Shown: one piece after another, positions 25,377-37,520 of the stretch | How the letters are laid out: every line of letters begins with the position of its first letter | Numbering within the stretch: position 1 is the first letter of the stretch | Source of the DNA: Phoronis australis | Taxonomy: Eukaryota > Animalia > Phoronida | Length of the DNA: 64,000 nucleotides | Reading direction: 5' to 3' | Assembly: GCA_002633005.1 (NCBI GenBank) | Contig: NMRA01000043.1 | Span: 524,018 to 588,017, forward strand | Position numbers and translations under genes: made by a program | The notes under the pieces: generated by a model | Told to the model about the DNA's origin: nothing | The model's input: only the letters and a program-made list of their open reading frames with translations | Database searches by the model: none

Positions 25377-26629
25377 ACTGTTTTCGAGTCGTTTTTTTGG
25401 CGGCCGCCCCTCTAACAACCAAACCACTTTAAGGATAATTGTGAAAATTGGAATGTATGTTCTTACTCTGAGGAAGACTGTTGATGATGATTTTCTGACG
25501 ACTTCGACTACTGTGGCGCCTCCTAGCGGCAGTTTTGTTTGTTTTTGCTCCCATGGCTGTATCTCCTAAACTTTCCACAGGATCTTTATTAAATTTCGCA
25601 AATATATTTATATAAAGGTCACTACGGACGATGACGACTTTCAGACAGATCGGTGTACCTGTGTGTCCCCTAACGGCAGTTTTAGTTTTTTACGTTTACC
25701 TCTGTATCTTCAAAGGTCCTCTACGGATTTCCATAAAATTTGGCACATAGACATCTATTAGTGAGATGAGGCTATCCTCCTGTTTTCGGATGGATTTGTA
25801 GTTTGCGCCATCTAGTGGCCATTTTTGTTGTTTTCGAGTCTGTTTGTTGGCGTCCGTCCCTCTGTCAACCAAACCACTCTAAGGATGATTGTGAAAGTTG
25901 GCATGTATGTTCTTTCTATGAAGGTGATGTTTGACGATGATTTTCCGATGACTTCGAGTACTGTGGTGCCTCCTAGTGGCGGTTTTGTTTTTTTTTTTGA
26001 ACCCATACCTGTATCTCCTAAGCCCTCTGCAAGATTTTATTAAATTTAGCTTGTGTATTTGGTATATGAAAAGTTAACATAGAGAGGACGACGACTTTTA
26101 GACAGAACCGACGAGCACTGTGCCCCCCTAGTGGCAATTTCATTTTTTCGTTTTCTTTTATTTCTCTGAAGTTCCTCGATAAATTTTAATGAAATTTGGT
26201 AAATGCCTTTCTTTTAAAGAAACAATGACATTTTCTGGTTTTCAGACGGATCCGGTGTATTTTGCACCATCTAGTGGCCATTTCGATGATTCAATCAAAA
26301 GCCCCTAAAAGCATACCATTTGCAATTTTGTGGGCGCATTTCAACGTTCCGCGTTGCTCTTGTCCAATGGGGAATGGATTCGATATTTGGCCCAAAATTG
26401 AGGCAGTTGGAATGCTTGCAGCTATGGTCCATGTTATGTATGTTCAGTTCAAGAATCCGAGCTAAATTTGTAATTTGTGATTGGTTTTTGAAACCGAGTA
26501 GATGTAAATGAGTCCTTTCTGATATGTTAAAATGGCGGAATTTGCCTTCTGGCTAGAGGACTATATGGTACAATGATTCTTTGAGATAAGCCCATGGGTG
26601 TGTATTCAGAAAATGAAAATTTTCAGGCA

Positions 26630-26885
26630 TTTTAGTAACGCCAAGTAAACGCCCGCGGCCCGGGTGTTTGGAAAAGGGGGGCGGGTTAATGGAAAGTCAT
26701 AGTTTGTTTTTAAATTTTATTTTAATAAATGCATAGCTCGCCAACACTGTTAGTTTTTATAATTTTTTCGAAAAGACGCCCCACTATTTGGACACTTGAC
26801 GCCGGAAGTTGTAACACCAAACAAACACCCATGTGCGTTTTTTTTCGGCATAATTTTCCGAATAAACGCCCATGGGTGTTTCAAT
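26630..26885. mobile_element. Degenerate Tc1/mariner-like MITE remnant
   Basis: Repeated TAAACGCCC / AAGACGCCC motifs like those in the 18112 element; no intact TIRs. Confidence 0.35.
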
Positions 26886-27180
26886 ATGTGGGCTTTTCTA
26901 CAGATAATCCTAGTAGCTGATAATAAAATTCTGCATTCTTGGGTGTACTTGATGATTTTTGACAATTTTTTAACCATCAAATTGTATCTGTTGTGCAGTG
27001 GGATATGCATACTAAAGTGTCTTAACATTTCATGTCAACTCTGTTCATCTTGCACTCCACAAATAGAAAGTGGGTCAAACAGAAGGCTCTTTTGTATTCG
27101 CAATGTGAAAGAGTTGTGTAGAATGTTTCCTATACCGGTTGGTTTTTGCCAAAGTGCTTCTACATTTTCACTAATTGTCA

Positions 27181-27281
27181 ACTGACATGGTTCTTTTAAA
27201 TCTGACATGGTTATTTTAAATCTGACATGGTTATTTTACAACTGACATGGTTATTTTACAACTGACATGGTTATTTTACAA
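27181..27281. repeat. 20-bp minisatellite x5
   Basis: Unit ACTGACATGGTTATTTTACA. Confidence 0.95.
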
Positions 27282-27431
27282 CATTAAAAGGCTGGGGGCA
27301 AGTGATTTGTTACTCTAATCTACGGTAGTTAATTAAAGAGAAGTCACATGTCTACTTTTACAATTGGGCTTGATTAAAGACCCTAGTGTACTTGTTGGAG
27401 AAATATTGATGCATATAATTCTTGGCAATTT

Positions 27432-27864
27432 TAGTCCAGTTTAGACATCAACTGTTGGCCCAGCGCAACTGACACAGAGCAAATTGACCCGTGTCAAGTG
27501 GCCGTTTACACACACAACTCACTAACTCACTAACTGTGGCAAGACGGAAATTGCAGGCTGGAGAGACTGGATCGCACATGCGCAGGTTTACAAATGACGA
27601 GAGTTGCAGAGACAAAGATTCCGTACGTAGGTCGTTAGGCAAGCGCAGTAGAGATTATCCTTTCTTCCTTGCCCCGATTTCGCGTTTAGACAGTTTATTG
27701 ACATGGAGCATGATGTTCGGGCGCAAGTTGCTTTACCTCACAAACAGGTGGCAAAATTTGTCACCGCAGTGTCAGTTGGCTCCGTGTCAGTCCCATTTGC
27801 ACACTGGAACAACTCGTTCCATGTCAGCTGATCCGTGTCAACTTTTGAAGTGTAAACGGCACTA
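27432..27864. mobile_element. TIR MITE flanked by a ~27-bp direct repeat
   Basis: Left TAGTCCAGTTTAGACATCAA versus right TTGAAGTGTAAACGGCACTA; internal TGACAC/GTGTCA repeats. Confidence 0.7.
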
Positions 27865-30818
27865 TTGATGCATATAATGCTCGGCAATTGATGATTTTCG
27901 AAATAGCCTCCCTTTGGTTTTGATAATTATAATATCATACATGTCTTGCAAAAACATTTAGCAAAATTTCCTGAAAATATTTTTCTTTAGTAATTTTCCA
28001 TATTGTGTCTCATACTGCTATTTATTGCTTTGTGGCCTCAAACTTTTAGTCTTGGGCTCAGAGTTTTCTTTTCACGCGTGGGTTCATTGACTTTAGTTTT
28101 AGAGCAGCATGCCTGACTCCAGGTATATTTAGTACATGCCAGTAGTATGCTTGAGCATGTCACATGTTGGGTTTAAATGTCATCAGTCTGTCATAATTAT
28201 ACCATAGGTTTGTTCAATGAGTAGTTGCTTGTAGACATGTAACAGTGGTCTTGTAGATTAGATTGACCTCATGAAGTGAGGTTGTATACCTCAGGTTATC
28301 CAGCTTGACAATGATAGACAAGTGATTTGTACAGCATTCTCTTGAAATCAAGGTCAAAATTAAATGAAATGTGGTGTCATATGCTGTGGTAGATTTAGAT
28401 GTCAAGTGTTATGAAAATCCAGTCTGACTGTTTGAGTCGTATATTACAGTTACCCAGTAATCAATATTTATTTAAACTGAAGTTGTCAAGAGTTGTTTGC
28501 CTGGTCTTTTTCAATATCGTGTTCACACCAAAGCAGTTATAACGTTAAAAAAAGATTGAAAGGTTATAAATCTTGGCTGGAGCACTTTAAAACCGGTTTC
28601 AAAAGTTGTAAGTGTAGCACATTCATGGTTTAGGGACAGGTTACCACTGTAACTCTGGACAAAAGTGAGAACTCAGTAGGTGGCACTACTGTCAAATAGT
28701 GTTAGAATCAATGGGTGCACCAAAGCACCAAGTGAGGTGAATCTGATAGGGTTACAACCACTTGAACTGTAGGTGTGTAATGATTACATAAGTTACAACT
28801 GCAGAAAAAGTTAGAAGCAGGTTTAGTTGGTCTCCACACAGCTAATATGTCACTTGGATGGAAGGAAAATGTTATTTCTGTGGGGCAGTATACAAACAAC
28901 AGTAGCTCAGGTGCTAGTGACCAGTATAAAGTGTGACAAAAGACCTGACTAGGTATAGAAAGTAAATGAACTTTGTGGTGATTAGTTGTAAATCTGGCCA
29001 ATGTCTGTGGGTGACTGAATGGCTGAGGCTGTGGTAATGGTCCATGTAGGTTCATAGTTGAGCCAGTGTGGTTATGGTCTATGTAGGTACATAGTTAAGC
29101 TAGTGTGACTCTGTTCACAACTGGTGAAGCAGTTTCACCCTCTGCTTAGCCGCCATGAACCAGAACAGGCTATGCTAGCTGAGTACTAGTTGAATCTGAC
29201 TTGTGGCCAGTCATGTGTTATAATGACTTGCATGAAAGCAACACCAAAACCATCTGGAACTGATGTCATAGACTGGGTGTTGATATCTTACCAGACCCAT
29301 ATAATGGATGCCAAAGCAGTGCAGAGGCCAGTTAGAGCTGTTCTCAGCAACTGTTGGTGAACCATTAGCATGTGCTAAATACAGGGTTGGATGAGTCAGA
29401 TAGAGCAGATGTAAACAAACAGCAATATTGGCTGCTGTGTTGTTACACTGAAAGCTATGTCAGTGGAAACATTGAGATTGGACACTGTGAGTTGGTTGGT
29501 TGTGGATTTCCAACCTCCCGGACTTGACTTTAAGTTTTAGTGGGGACTTGACTTTGAGCAAGTTATGTCATAGTGATGGAGTGTGGTCTTAGTTGGGAGC
29601 TATAAAGGGACAAGTGTACTTCCTGTTTGATGAGCATGCCTCATCGTCATTATCTGCGCTGGCAAGATATGATGTTAAATTGTAATTCATTTTACCCGTA
29701 AAAGGATATATAGCTCGTTTCAATTCGACGTAAAAGGAAATCCACTGTTCCTGTTAAGCTGGGAGTGACTGCAGTGATATTAATCTTATGACTGCAATGC
29801 TAGGAGGAACATATATGTTTTGCGCCATTGTGGAGATCTGCTCCATTTGGTATGCCATCGATGACCGTCTGTGTTGGAATAAACCAATAACAAACTGATG
29901 CTATCTAAACTAATTGCTGAGAGATAGTGAATGTTTCTATTAACTGGGAAGTCTTTTAAGGCAAACAAACCACACACCATTGCTGGATGATTCACACTGT
30001 TTGTGTAGGAGAGTAAATGAGAACATTGCATATGGTGTACACACGTACAGTGAGTGACTCCACCTTAACTTGACCTGGTGCTGTTGATGGCCACAGCGGC
30101 AGAGATGGAGGAAACCCGGCTGGAATCCTACCGAAGACGTCTGTCGGAATTTCTGGATCCGATTGTAATTAGTGGTTATCAACATTGCATTTAAGATGTA
30201 GTGAGGTGTGGCAGTTGTGACTGGCATCGTGTCTATGAATGCATCTTCAAAGTTTACTCAGCATGTACACAGTCTTGATGGAAGTTGGAAGTTTTTGATG
30301 GAATTGTTGCTATCTATAAATTGCTGTGGCATGCATTTGGTTCTACCCTGTCCCGATAGAGAATTTGTCAAAAACCTGCCAGTGGTTTTTTTTTGTAATT
30401 ATGATAAGTGATGGTTGCCTGTCTTCTTAAGTTGGCAATTTACCTGCTGAAAACTTAAGATTACAGGCAATTTGCCAGTGGTAGTTGTGTCTGGGAAATT
30501 TCCCTGTTTCACTTTATTTCTGTTTGACAACATTTTCACCAACTGACGCTGTGTAAAACGTGCACTGTATGTGATATGTCATGTTCATGTGAATGTGATG
30601 GTGAATAAGATGTGTCTTGTTGGTTATCCCCTAAATTTGTTTTTCTAACATGACCAGGTGACAGTGTGGCTGTGTGGGCTTATGGTGCCTCACTGTTCGA
30701 AATACTTGACAAATTACATGTCAGGTTTTTTCAGTTGATGTGCTTTGGAACATGAAACAACATTAACTTTGTGATGATTCTATTATATGCAGCAAGGGTT
30801 TTGATCAACAGAAAAAGG

Positions 30819-30870
30819 GTACCAGGCTTTGATCAACAGAAAAAAGGTACCAGGCTTTGATCAACAGAAA
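30819..30870. repeat. Short ~29-bp tandem repeat
   Basis: TTTGATCAACAGAAAAAGGGTACCAGGC about 2.5 copies. Confidence 0.8.
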
Positions 30871-31041
30871 ACATAGCTATTTTGCCAATTCGCAACTCAA
30901 TAATCTATAGGTTGTGCTAGAGGTTCGTTCAGGATTTCAAAAATAGGTTGTCCAAATGTTTCTCTTTCTCAGTTTCTCAGGGTGTCCATGACCAGTGATG
31001 CGTGACTGGTTTTATAACCTCATGTCAAATTGCTGTTATAA

Positions 31042-31503
31042 GGCCCTTTCACACTGACTACTCCAGTCTGAACTGAGTGCAGTTAATTGGACCGTTCATA
31101 CTTGCTTCGGTAGTTAATGAACATCGAAGAAAACAGGAGGTGACGCTGTCATTATTGAAATTACCGCAAGGTAGCGCTGCATGCTAAGGTTTTTTAAATG
31201 TGACAATTTGGGAACATTTACGTGTGCTAATTAACATTAAACTTATTTTTAAATCGATTGGTTATTATTAGAGCAAAATCCAAGCAGCTATTAGTGACGG
31301 CACTACCCTGTAATTGTTGATGATAACAGTGGCACCTGGTGATCACTTCCATTGGACCAAAGTTAACCGTTTATACTGCACCGCAGCGTCGACGCGGCGA
31401 TGCTAACTGGAGCTGTTAACTTCGATTCAGGACCGGAGTTAAGCGTTCATACTGACTGCAACTCCCCAAACCATCGACACGTCGACGTTAGTGTGAAAGG
31501 CCT
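31042..31503 (+). mobile_element. PIF/Harbinger-type MITE family A
   Basis: TAA|GGCCCTTTCACACT ... AGTGTGAAAGGCC; third copy of the family in the window. Confidence 0.85.
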
Positions 31504-32027
31504 TGTAGTGTAGTATGATAGTGGAGACATTTGAGCCTGCAATAACGTTTATCATGTCTTACATCATAGATAAACAAAGTTTTTATTCTCCTCAGACCAA
31601 TGAGCTACTATTACTTAAGCAAGTCACCAATTCATGAAAAGCCTCAAAAATGACAAAAGTAGTTCCTTTACAAAAAACTCAGTCGTTGAGAATCAGAAAA
31701 CTTGAAAATTTGTGTGTTTGATGTTACGTCATGATGTTATGAGTTTGTATTGTGGACTGCACTTGCCCAGAGCCGCGGGGAATTGTCAAACAACAAGAGC
31801 CTGTTTCATGCAAGTGAATATGCTTTTGCTCCCGATACACAAATGCTTCAGAAAGGTTTACCCAAGTAATGAGTGCATCACAGTCTAGAAATTGTAGTAA
31901 TCATCTCGGTAACTAGCAGATGTTTGTATGTTCTCTGAGACTTTGCACTTTTGCTGGAGTGAGATTTGATTATCTTTCAGAAATAGTTGTGTGCAACATA
32001 AGGTCAAATTTCAGGCTTAGGTCTTAG

Positions 32028-33797
32028 AGGAGAATGCCACCCGATTTAATTAGTCTTTTTTACCGTTTTAATTGGTCTGTCTATATCCACATCACCTCAT
32101 ATACGGTCCTACCTCGTCGAGAGGTGTCGCGTTAACCTGTGAGGAAGGTGAGAAATGACACAGCGACGTCAGTAGTTCTTCAGCAGAGTGAGTGCCGCTT
32201 GTGCAAGCTGCGAGGAATGTGGGTGTATCGTTTTTTCAATTTCCTCGAGATCCCATAATGCTTTGGAAGTGGCTCGCAGTAGTGAAGAATGAAAAGTACG
32301 CCGTTAATACCATGTATGAGGCCGTGAAACTCTTCTCCGTGTCTCTGAGTAGCCTGCATTTTGTCGGATCTGTTGTTGATCAATTTTTGATAATGGAGAA
32401 TTGTAGTTGGCCATGAAAACTTAAACAATAACAATTAATTCAAGACTTGAAAACATAACGTTTTATACAACATATTTGATGACTGACTGGTTCGTGAGGT
32501 TTCTGTTTGGTCTTCTGGGTGAAGGATGTTTCCGCCAGTTCTTTTTCGCAGCTCTAAAAAAACGTCATAAGCACCTTTTTTAGATACGGGGCAAAGTCAG
32601 GATGGTCCGTTGGGACACATCTGCGCTTCTCCAAGTATTCGTTTCACTTGCAGAATTTCGTGGCAGCAAACGCAAGCGGCAGTCATTTCCATCATTGTGC
32701 TGTTAGCTCACTGACATCATGATGAGTCATTCAAACGGTTTTCGGAACTATCCATGTGTTCCGTTGTCTGTTTATTATTTCTTGATTAGTGTATTCCTGT
32801 GAAACCTAACTATCGACCTGTGAAGACTTCATTGAATGAGCATTCGTCTAAGTCGGGATTGCGAGTTGCCATGTTGACGTTTTTATTGTGCGTTCTGTTT
32901 CAAAATGAATTATTCTCACCCTAACAATGCTTTTATAAAACAAAGTCTGTCTCATTAGATACAATTTGTAATGTCTTGGAGTGTTCGTGAGTGCAAATGC
33001 TTTGAAAAGCCACCAATGAATAAATCACTGCATTACTGGCTTTAGATGCACAACTTTAGCTCTAACGGTTCTGTGAAAGGGTAACCTGACTTCGCGGCCC
33101 CCGACGAGCTAGTAAGTAGATTTTCAGTTTCGCGGCTAATTCACCAAAATAATCGAGTGCACATTTTTTCTTTGGCTCATTAGTAAAATCTTTTTGTGAC
33201 TGGAAGTTCAGTTTTCAACTTCAGCTGGTTTATGTTCGTGATGTCTTCAGTCCGGCCGCAATGGGCCTTATGGGGTTCCGAGCCACTGGCAGGGATAGCA
33301 AGCATTTTGTGTGTTTAGAACTGAAGAAATCGCAAGTCTAAAATTACAAAAGGCAGTTATGTTCTCCTGTCTGTATTTCACGGACGAATAATTTGAATTT
33401 ATCTCCGAACAGACCCCAAACTCCCGCGACCCGACCTTGGTAAATTGGCCTACCGGACTTTGTAGGCTATGGAACGTTCAAATACCTTAAAATCTGTAAC
33501 AGCGAAATAAAATAACACATGTTTATTCAATAACTTGATGTTTTCGTAAGTGTTGTACGTCGAATTTTGATTATTTATTGGTGTAAAACGATGAGTTTTA
33601 AGCGATAAGCTGCCACCAGCAAGCGTGTTGTGAATTGGTGGACAGACTGCATTCAAACCTCTGATATCATTGGTTAATTTCAGCACCTCTGTCTGCCATC
33701 AGGTGTCGGGTAAAAGAGCTGTACTTGCTGTTATCGAGTGGAACTTCTCGATCTAAATGGATACAAAATAGGTTGTTTTTTTGGGTGGCATTCTCCT
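32028..33797 (+). mobile_element. Kolobok-type non-autonomous transposon with THAP relic
   Basis: Perfect 15-bp TIR AGGAGAATGCCACCC / GGGTGGCATTCTCCT, flanks TTAG / TTAA. ORF 32192-32416 reads VSFFQFPRDP..WKWL...LSSLHF, a THAP zinc finger with decayed Cys ligands. Confidence 0.85.
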
Positions 33798-34292
33798 TTA
33801 AGCCAACTTTCATGAAACAGTCCCAGTTATTGAATCATGTGCTGGGCCTATGTTAGTGATGCGTTGTTTGCGTCTAGTGTTGATGCTGCAACAGCTGATT
33901 TTCCATCATGTTATTTTGGCCAATTGCAGTCGAAGCCATGCGGTGTGTAAAAGGTATGGTTGTGTCATTCAGGATCTGTGCTCAGGCAAACTTGCATTAT
34001 TTCTAGTTTTAGAGCATAATTAGTCATGTGACATGTTAGCGGATCACATGAAAGCTGCGTCCAAGGCAGTGTCGTGTTTGGACAAACTGTGCCATGCAGT
34101 CATGGCCACATTAGTGCGCAGTAATTGCCACGTCATATGCATCAAGTATGAAATGAAGCACGTTATGTGCGTAGATTTAAAAGTGTGATTTTTGCAGTAT
34201 ATTTATTCTAAGTTATTTGAATAGGAAGCAAAGCACCAATAGTAAATTTTTTTTTTTGTTCACAGGTCCAAGCTGTATCTACTCGAGGCAAG

Positions 34293-35306
34293 ATGGCGGA
34301 CGACACACAATATGTGATCGCCAAGTACGACTACAAAGCTCAGGATGTGGAGGAATTGGATATCCGAAAGAATGAGCGACTTGTCCTTCTGGACGACAGT
34401 AAGATTTGGTGGAAAGTGCAAAATGCCAAGAACCAGTCTGGCTTTGTGCCCTCCAACTATGTAAAACGATCAAGGCCTTCCATATTAGCTAGTCTCAAAA
34501 ACACTCTGAGGAAAAACAAAGGAGAGCAGAAATCGCCTTGCACCACGCCTCAGATGGCCAATCGAAATGGTAGTATAAATTCCAACGAACAACAGAATGG
34601 TGAAGACTCGGCAGAGCAAGCAATTGTGAAATTTCCATATCAGGCAAAGGAAACGGATGAGATCTCATTAGTCAAGGCTGAACAGTTGGTTGTGTTGAAA
34701 AAGTCTTCGGATGGCTGGTGGAAGGGACGGAAGGCATCAAATGAGTGCGGTTGGTTCCCGGCCAACTATGTGATGGTCCTTGAACGTGAGCAGGCTGATA
34801 TTGTTGAGCCAACGTACTACTCAACACCTGCTGAGTCTAGTAGTCTTCGTGGTGACAGCCAAGAGGTTGTGGTGACACTATATGCGTTCACAGGCAACGC
34901 ATCATCTGAGGAATTGAACTTTGACAAAGATGAACAGCTGGTGGTGATTGACAGGTCAGACCCCAACTGGTGGCGCTGTCGGAACGCCCAGGGTGACGTG
35001 GGGTTGGTACCGCGCAACTATGTACAGGTACTAACGGAGGACAGTATGACGTCACCACATATTATGGGCACTCCCACGCACTCGCAGTCAACGACTAGCA
35101 GCTTTAGTGGTGGCCACCTTTCCAACGCTTCTCAGCAGGGGTTTGGTGAGGGTCTGGCCAGTGACTTTAAGCACAAGTTCAAAATATCTGGCGAGTTTGC
35201 TGAGAAGGACTGGTTTTTTGGCAAGATCACGCGCCATGACTGCGAGGAGCTGCTGAACACACATGGGGAAAATGGTGACTTCCTGATACGAGAAAGTGAA
35301 ACTAAT
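34293..35306 (+). CDS. NCK: Nck/Dock adaptor, main coding exon (three SH3 domains and start of SH2); exon starts at 34266
   Basis: [21 protein letters not shown]; [19 protein letters not shown]; [19 protein letters not shown]; [17 protein letters not shown]. Acceptor (t)n-gttcacag at 34265, donor AAT|GTAAGT at 35306, phase 0. Confidence 0.97.
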
Positions 35307-36582
35307 GTAAGTAGAAACAACACAGTGTTATCAACGGATTATTACTTGGGAAGATTGGAAATGGGTCAAGAAATAATAAAGCTCTTGGGATGATCTCAGG
35401 CATTATGTCCAACATCTCATGAAAAAATTACAATTATTTGTATGTTCATATGGCTTTATATGTTTCAAGCAGTGGAAGCCATGTTTGTATTTATTCTTTA
35501 GCTTCATGACTTCCAACAGTATTTTGAAAAGCTGGATCCATGGAAGGTATTTATCATTAAAAATGCTGGGCTCAATCGCGATCTCATAGTGTGTTTTGCA
35601 TCTTGGTGAAAATCCCAAGCCGACACGTGCACATCCGAGCACGTACTGAAAGTACTACAAGAAATGTAGGCGCCAGTTGGATTCATTCGGGCAAAAAGTC
35701 CGAGCCACTTGTTTATGAGTTATATACACAGATGAGCCAGCGTGGAATTTTAGGCCAGAGAGACAGAATTGGTTATTACTAGTACTTAGTACACACGAAA
35801 CCCCTAACTTTGCGTTCGACTAAAAAAACTCCATTCGAGCATTTTGGTGCACCGGCGAACAGTTCAGATATTTCATTTTCAGCTGTTGCCGGCTATGCAT
35901 CATTTGTAGGGACCAGGGCACTCACACTTCGGCGACCTCGGTTTCAATTTAGCAACCTGAGAATTTTTCTAGATTTCATTCAGCAAGTTGACGTTATGTT
36001 AATTGTTGAGCCCTGTGAAAATAAACTTCATTTCACCTCAACCCTCAAACAAGTCATTCTTAGTGCTTGACCGATTTCAAATTCTTTGATCTTTAAAACT
36101 ATTAGTTGTCATGATAGTTGTTTTCTCAACCTAGTGTTAGCCTGTGTTTTGTGTTGATCAGCTTCAGAGTCAGTTTCACATAATACATTCAATTCCATGA
36201 CCTTTGTGCTGTTAGCTGGATGTGATAGAAAACCATTATGTTTTATGAAAACACTTCAAAATGGCATTCAGGTCAGACGTACAAAATGAATTATATGCAC
36301 CAACTGTGCTTGATGTTTAGCTGTTTTAATTACCTGAAGTAGCTACACCCTAGCCCGCACATGTGGAGTGCGTGGCCAAAGTTCATTCAATTCCCTGGTA
36401 AAAGTACTCACTTAGTCTTGTTCAACAGTGTAGGCAAGTTAGTATAAATAATTACATGATTGACATTTGGCAACTTTGGCATGAATGCGTGTTGTTCGTT
36501 GGAGGAATTCAGCTTGATAAATCATTCATATCTTGATCATTAGTATGCCTAATTAAGCTTTGTCACCTTGGTGTAATATATC

Positions 36583-36691
36583 AGTGATGAGTACTTAGCC
36601 CATTGGTTCACTCGCCAACATAGCTAAAAGGGTACTGGATGCGTGGAAGCTCACTTGATGGTCGCCGAGATGGCCAGCGAGTTTTCAGAGC
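36583..36691 (-). mobile_element. Small hAT-like MITE fragment, same family as 44549-44650
   Basis: Its reverse complement shares CTCTGAAAA..GGCGAC..AAGTGA..GGCGAGTG..GCTAAGTA with 44549-44650. Confidence 0.5.
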
Positions 36692-37329
36692 TGTTAGGCA
36701 CTTATCGTTTCTCTGCTTTGTGTTCAAAGAAACCCATATTCTCCTTAGTGTCATGTTTTTAATTGACTATTAGCCTTGTCTGATGCATCATTCGAAATAA
36801 TTTCGTTTCAGTTAATTTTCAAAACAGTAAAGGCATGGAAACTAAATTTTGAGTTGTACTGCCTTGTTGTTGCATATGAATCAGCAACACTGCATCGTTT
36901 TTCATGGGCGCTCTACATAGTCTCGTAATTGGAAACGGTACATACCACTAGTCATATATGAACTTCCTTTTTGGGCGACAACAAGTTTAGTTTTTAAAGC
37001 AATCAATTCTTTCGTTGCAGTTTTGATGTTTACTCGGTTCCAAAATTTCAGACAGGCATGGTGAGGTCACAAGAAACTTTTCGAATGACCTATTTTTCAA
37101 ATATGGCATATGAAGATTGATTTCTTAATTATGTCATTCAAACTAAGTCAAAGAGTATCTGCGTATATAACGGGCCCCGCCCTCAGCCCCATCCTCAATC
37201 CCGCTCTCCGCCAAGTGCTGCCACTTTATACTTTTTGGAAGTATATTTTTTGTGGCATAAATCATAACGTATACTTTTTCCATACTTTTTGGGTGTTCCT
37301 ATTTTTGTTGCTTTCAGTCTCCAGTCTCG

Positions 37330-37520
37330 TTATTGGTATAGCATTACTCATTAACAGTGCTGATCAACAGAGTCCAATAAGAGATAAAGCCACAGATGCC
37401 AAAAACAAAACTGCCATTAGGAGCTACCACAGTAGTTAAAGCTGCTCATGCCAAATTTAATAAAGATCTTGCACAAGCAGAAAAATGCCACTAGGAGTGC
37501 CACAGTAGTTGGAGCTGCCT
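37330..37520 (-). mobile_element. HINE-like core fragment
   Basis: AAAACTGCCATTAGGAG..CCACAGTAGT and ATGCCAAATTTAATAAAGATC match the reverse complement of the HINE cores. Confidence 0.55.

Larger units (their letters stand above)
23712..26364 (+). mobile_element. Helentron/HINE (DINE-1-like) non-autonomous element, outer copy
   Basis: 5' TTTTATGGGCCCACATATTTATATGTGG (subTIR plus palindrome), GTCT/GTCC-type microsatellite, tandem cores with CC(C/T)CTAGTGGC, 3' TGTGGGCGCAT subTIR followed by a CAACG..CGTTG hairpin and CTCTTGT. Confidence 0.8.

Noticed and set aside
29100-29290. Possible SINE body or tRNA-derived head
   Set aside because: No clear A/B boxes, tail or second copy; no tRNA cloverleaf recognised anywhere in the window.
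29788-29855. Another ATG...GTATGC candidate Nck first exon
   Set aside because: The donor falls in phase 2, out of frame with the Nck acceptor.
35307-35393. C-terminal 28 aa of the 366-aa Nck ORF
   Set aside because: Intron read-through past the GTAAGT donor; SH2 continues at 39790.
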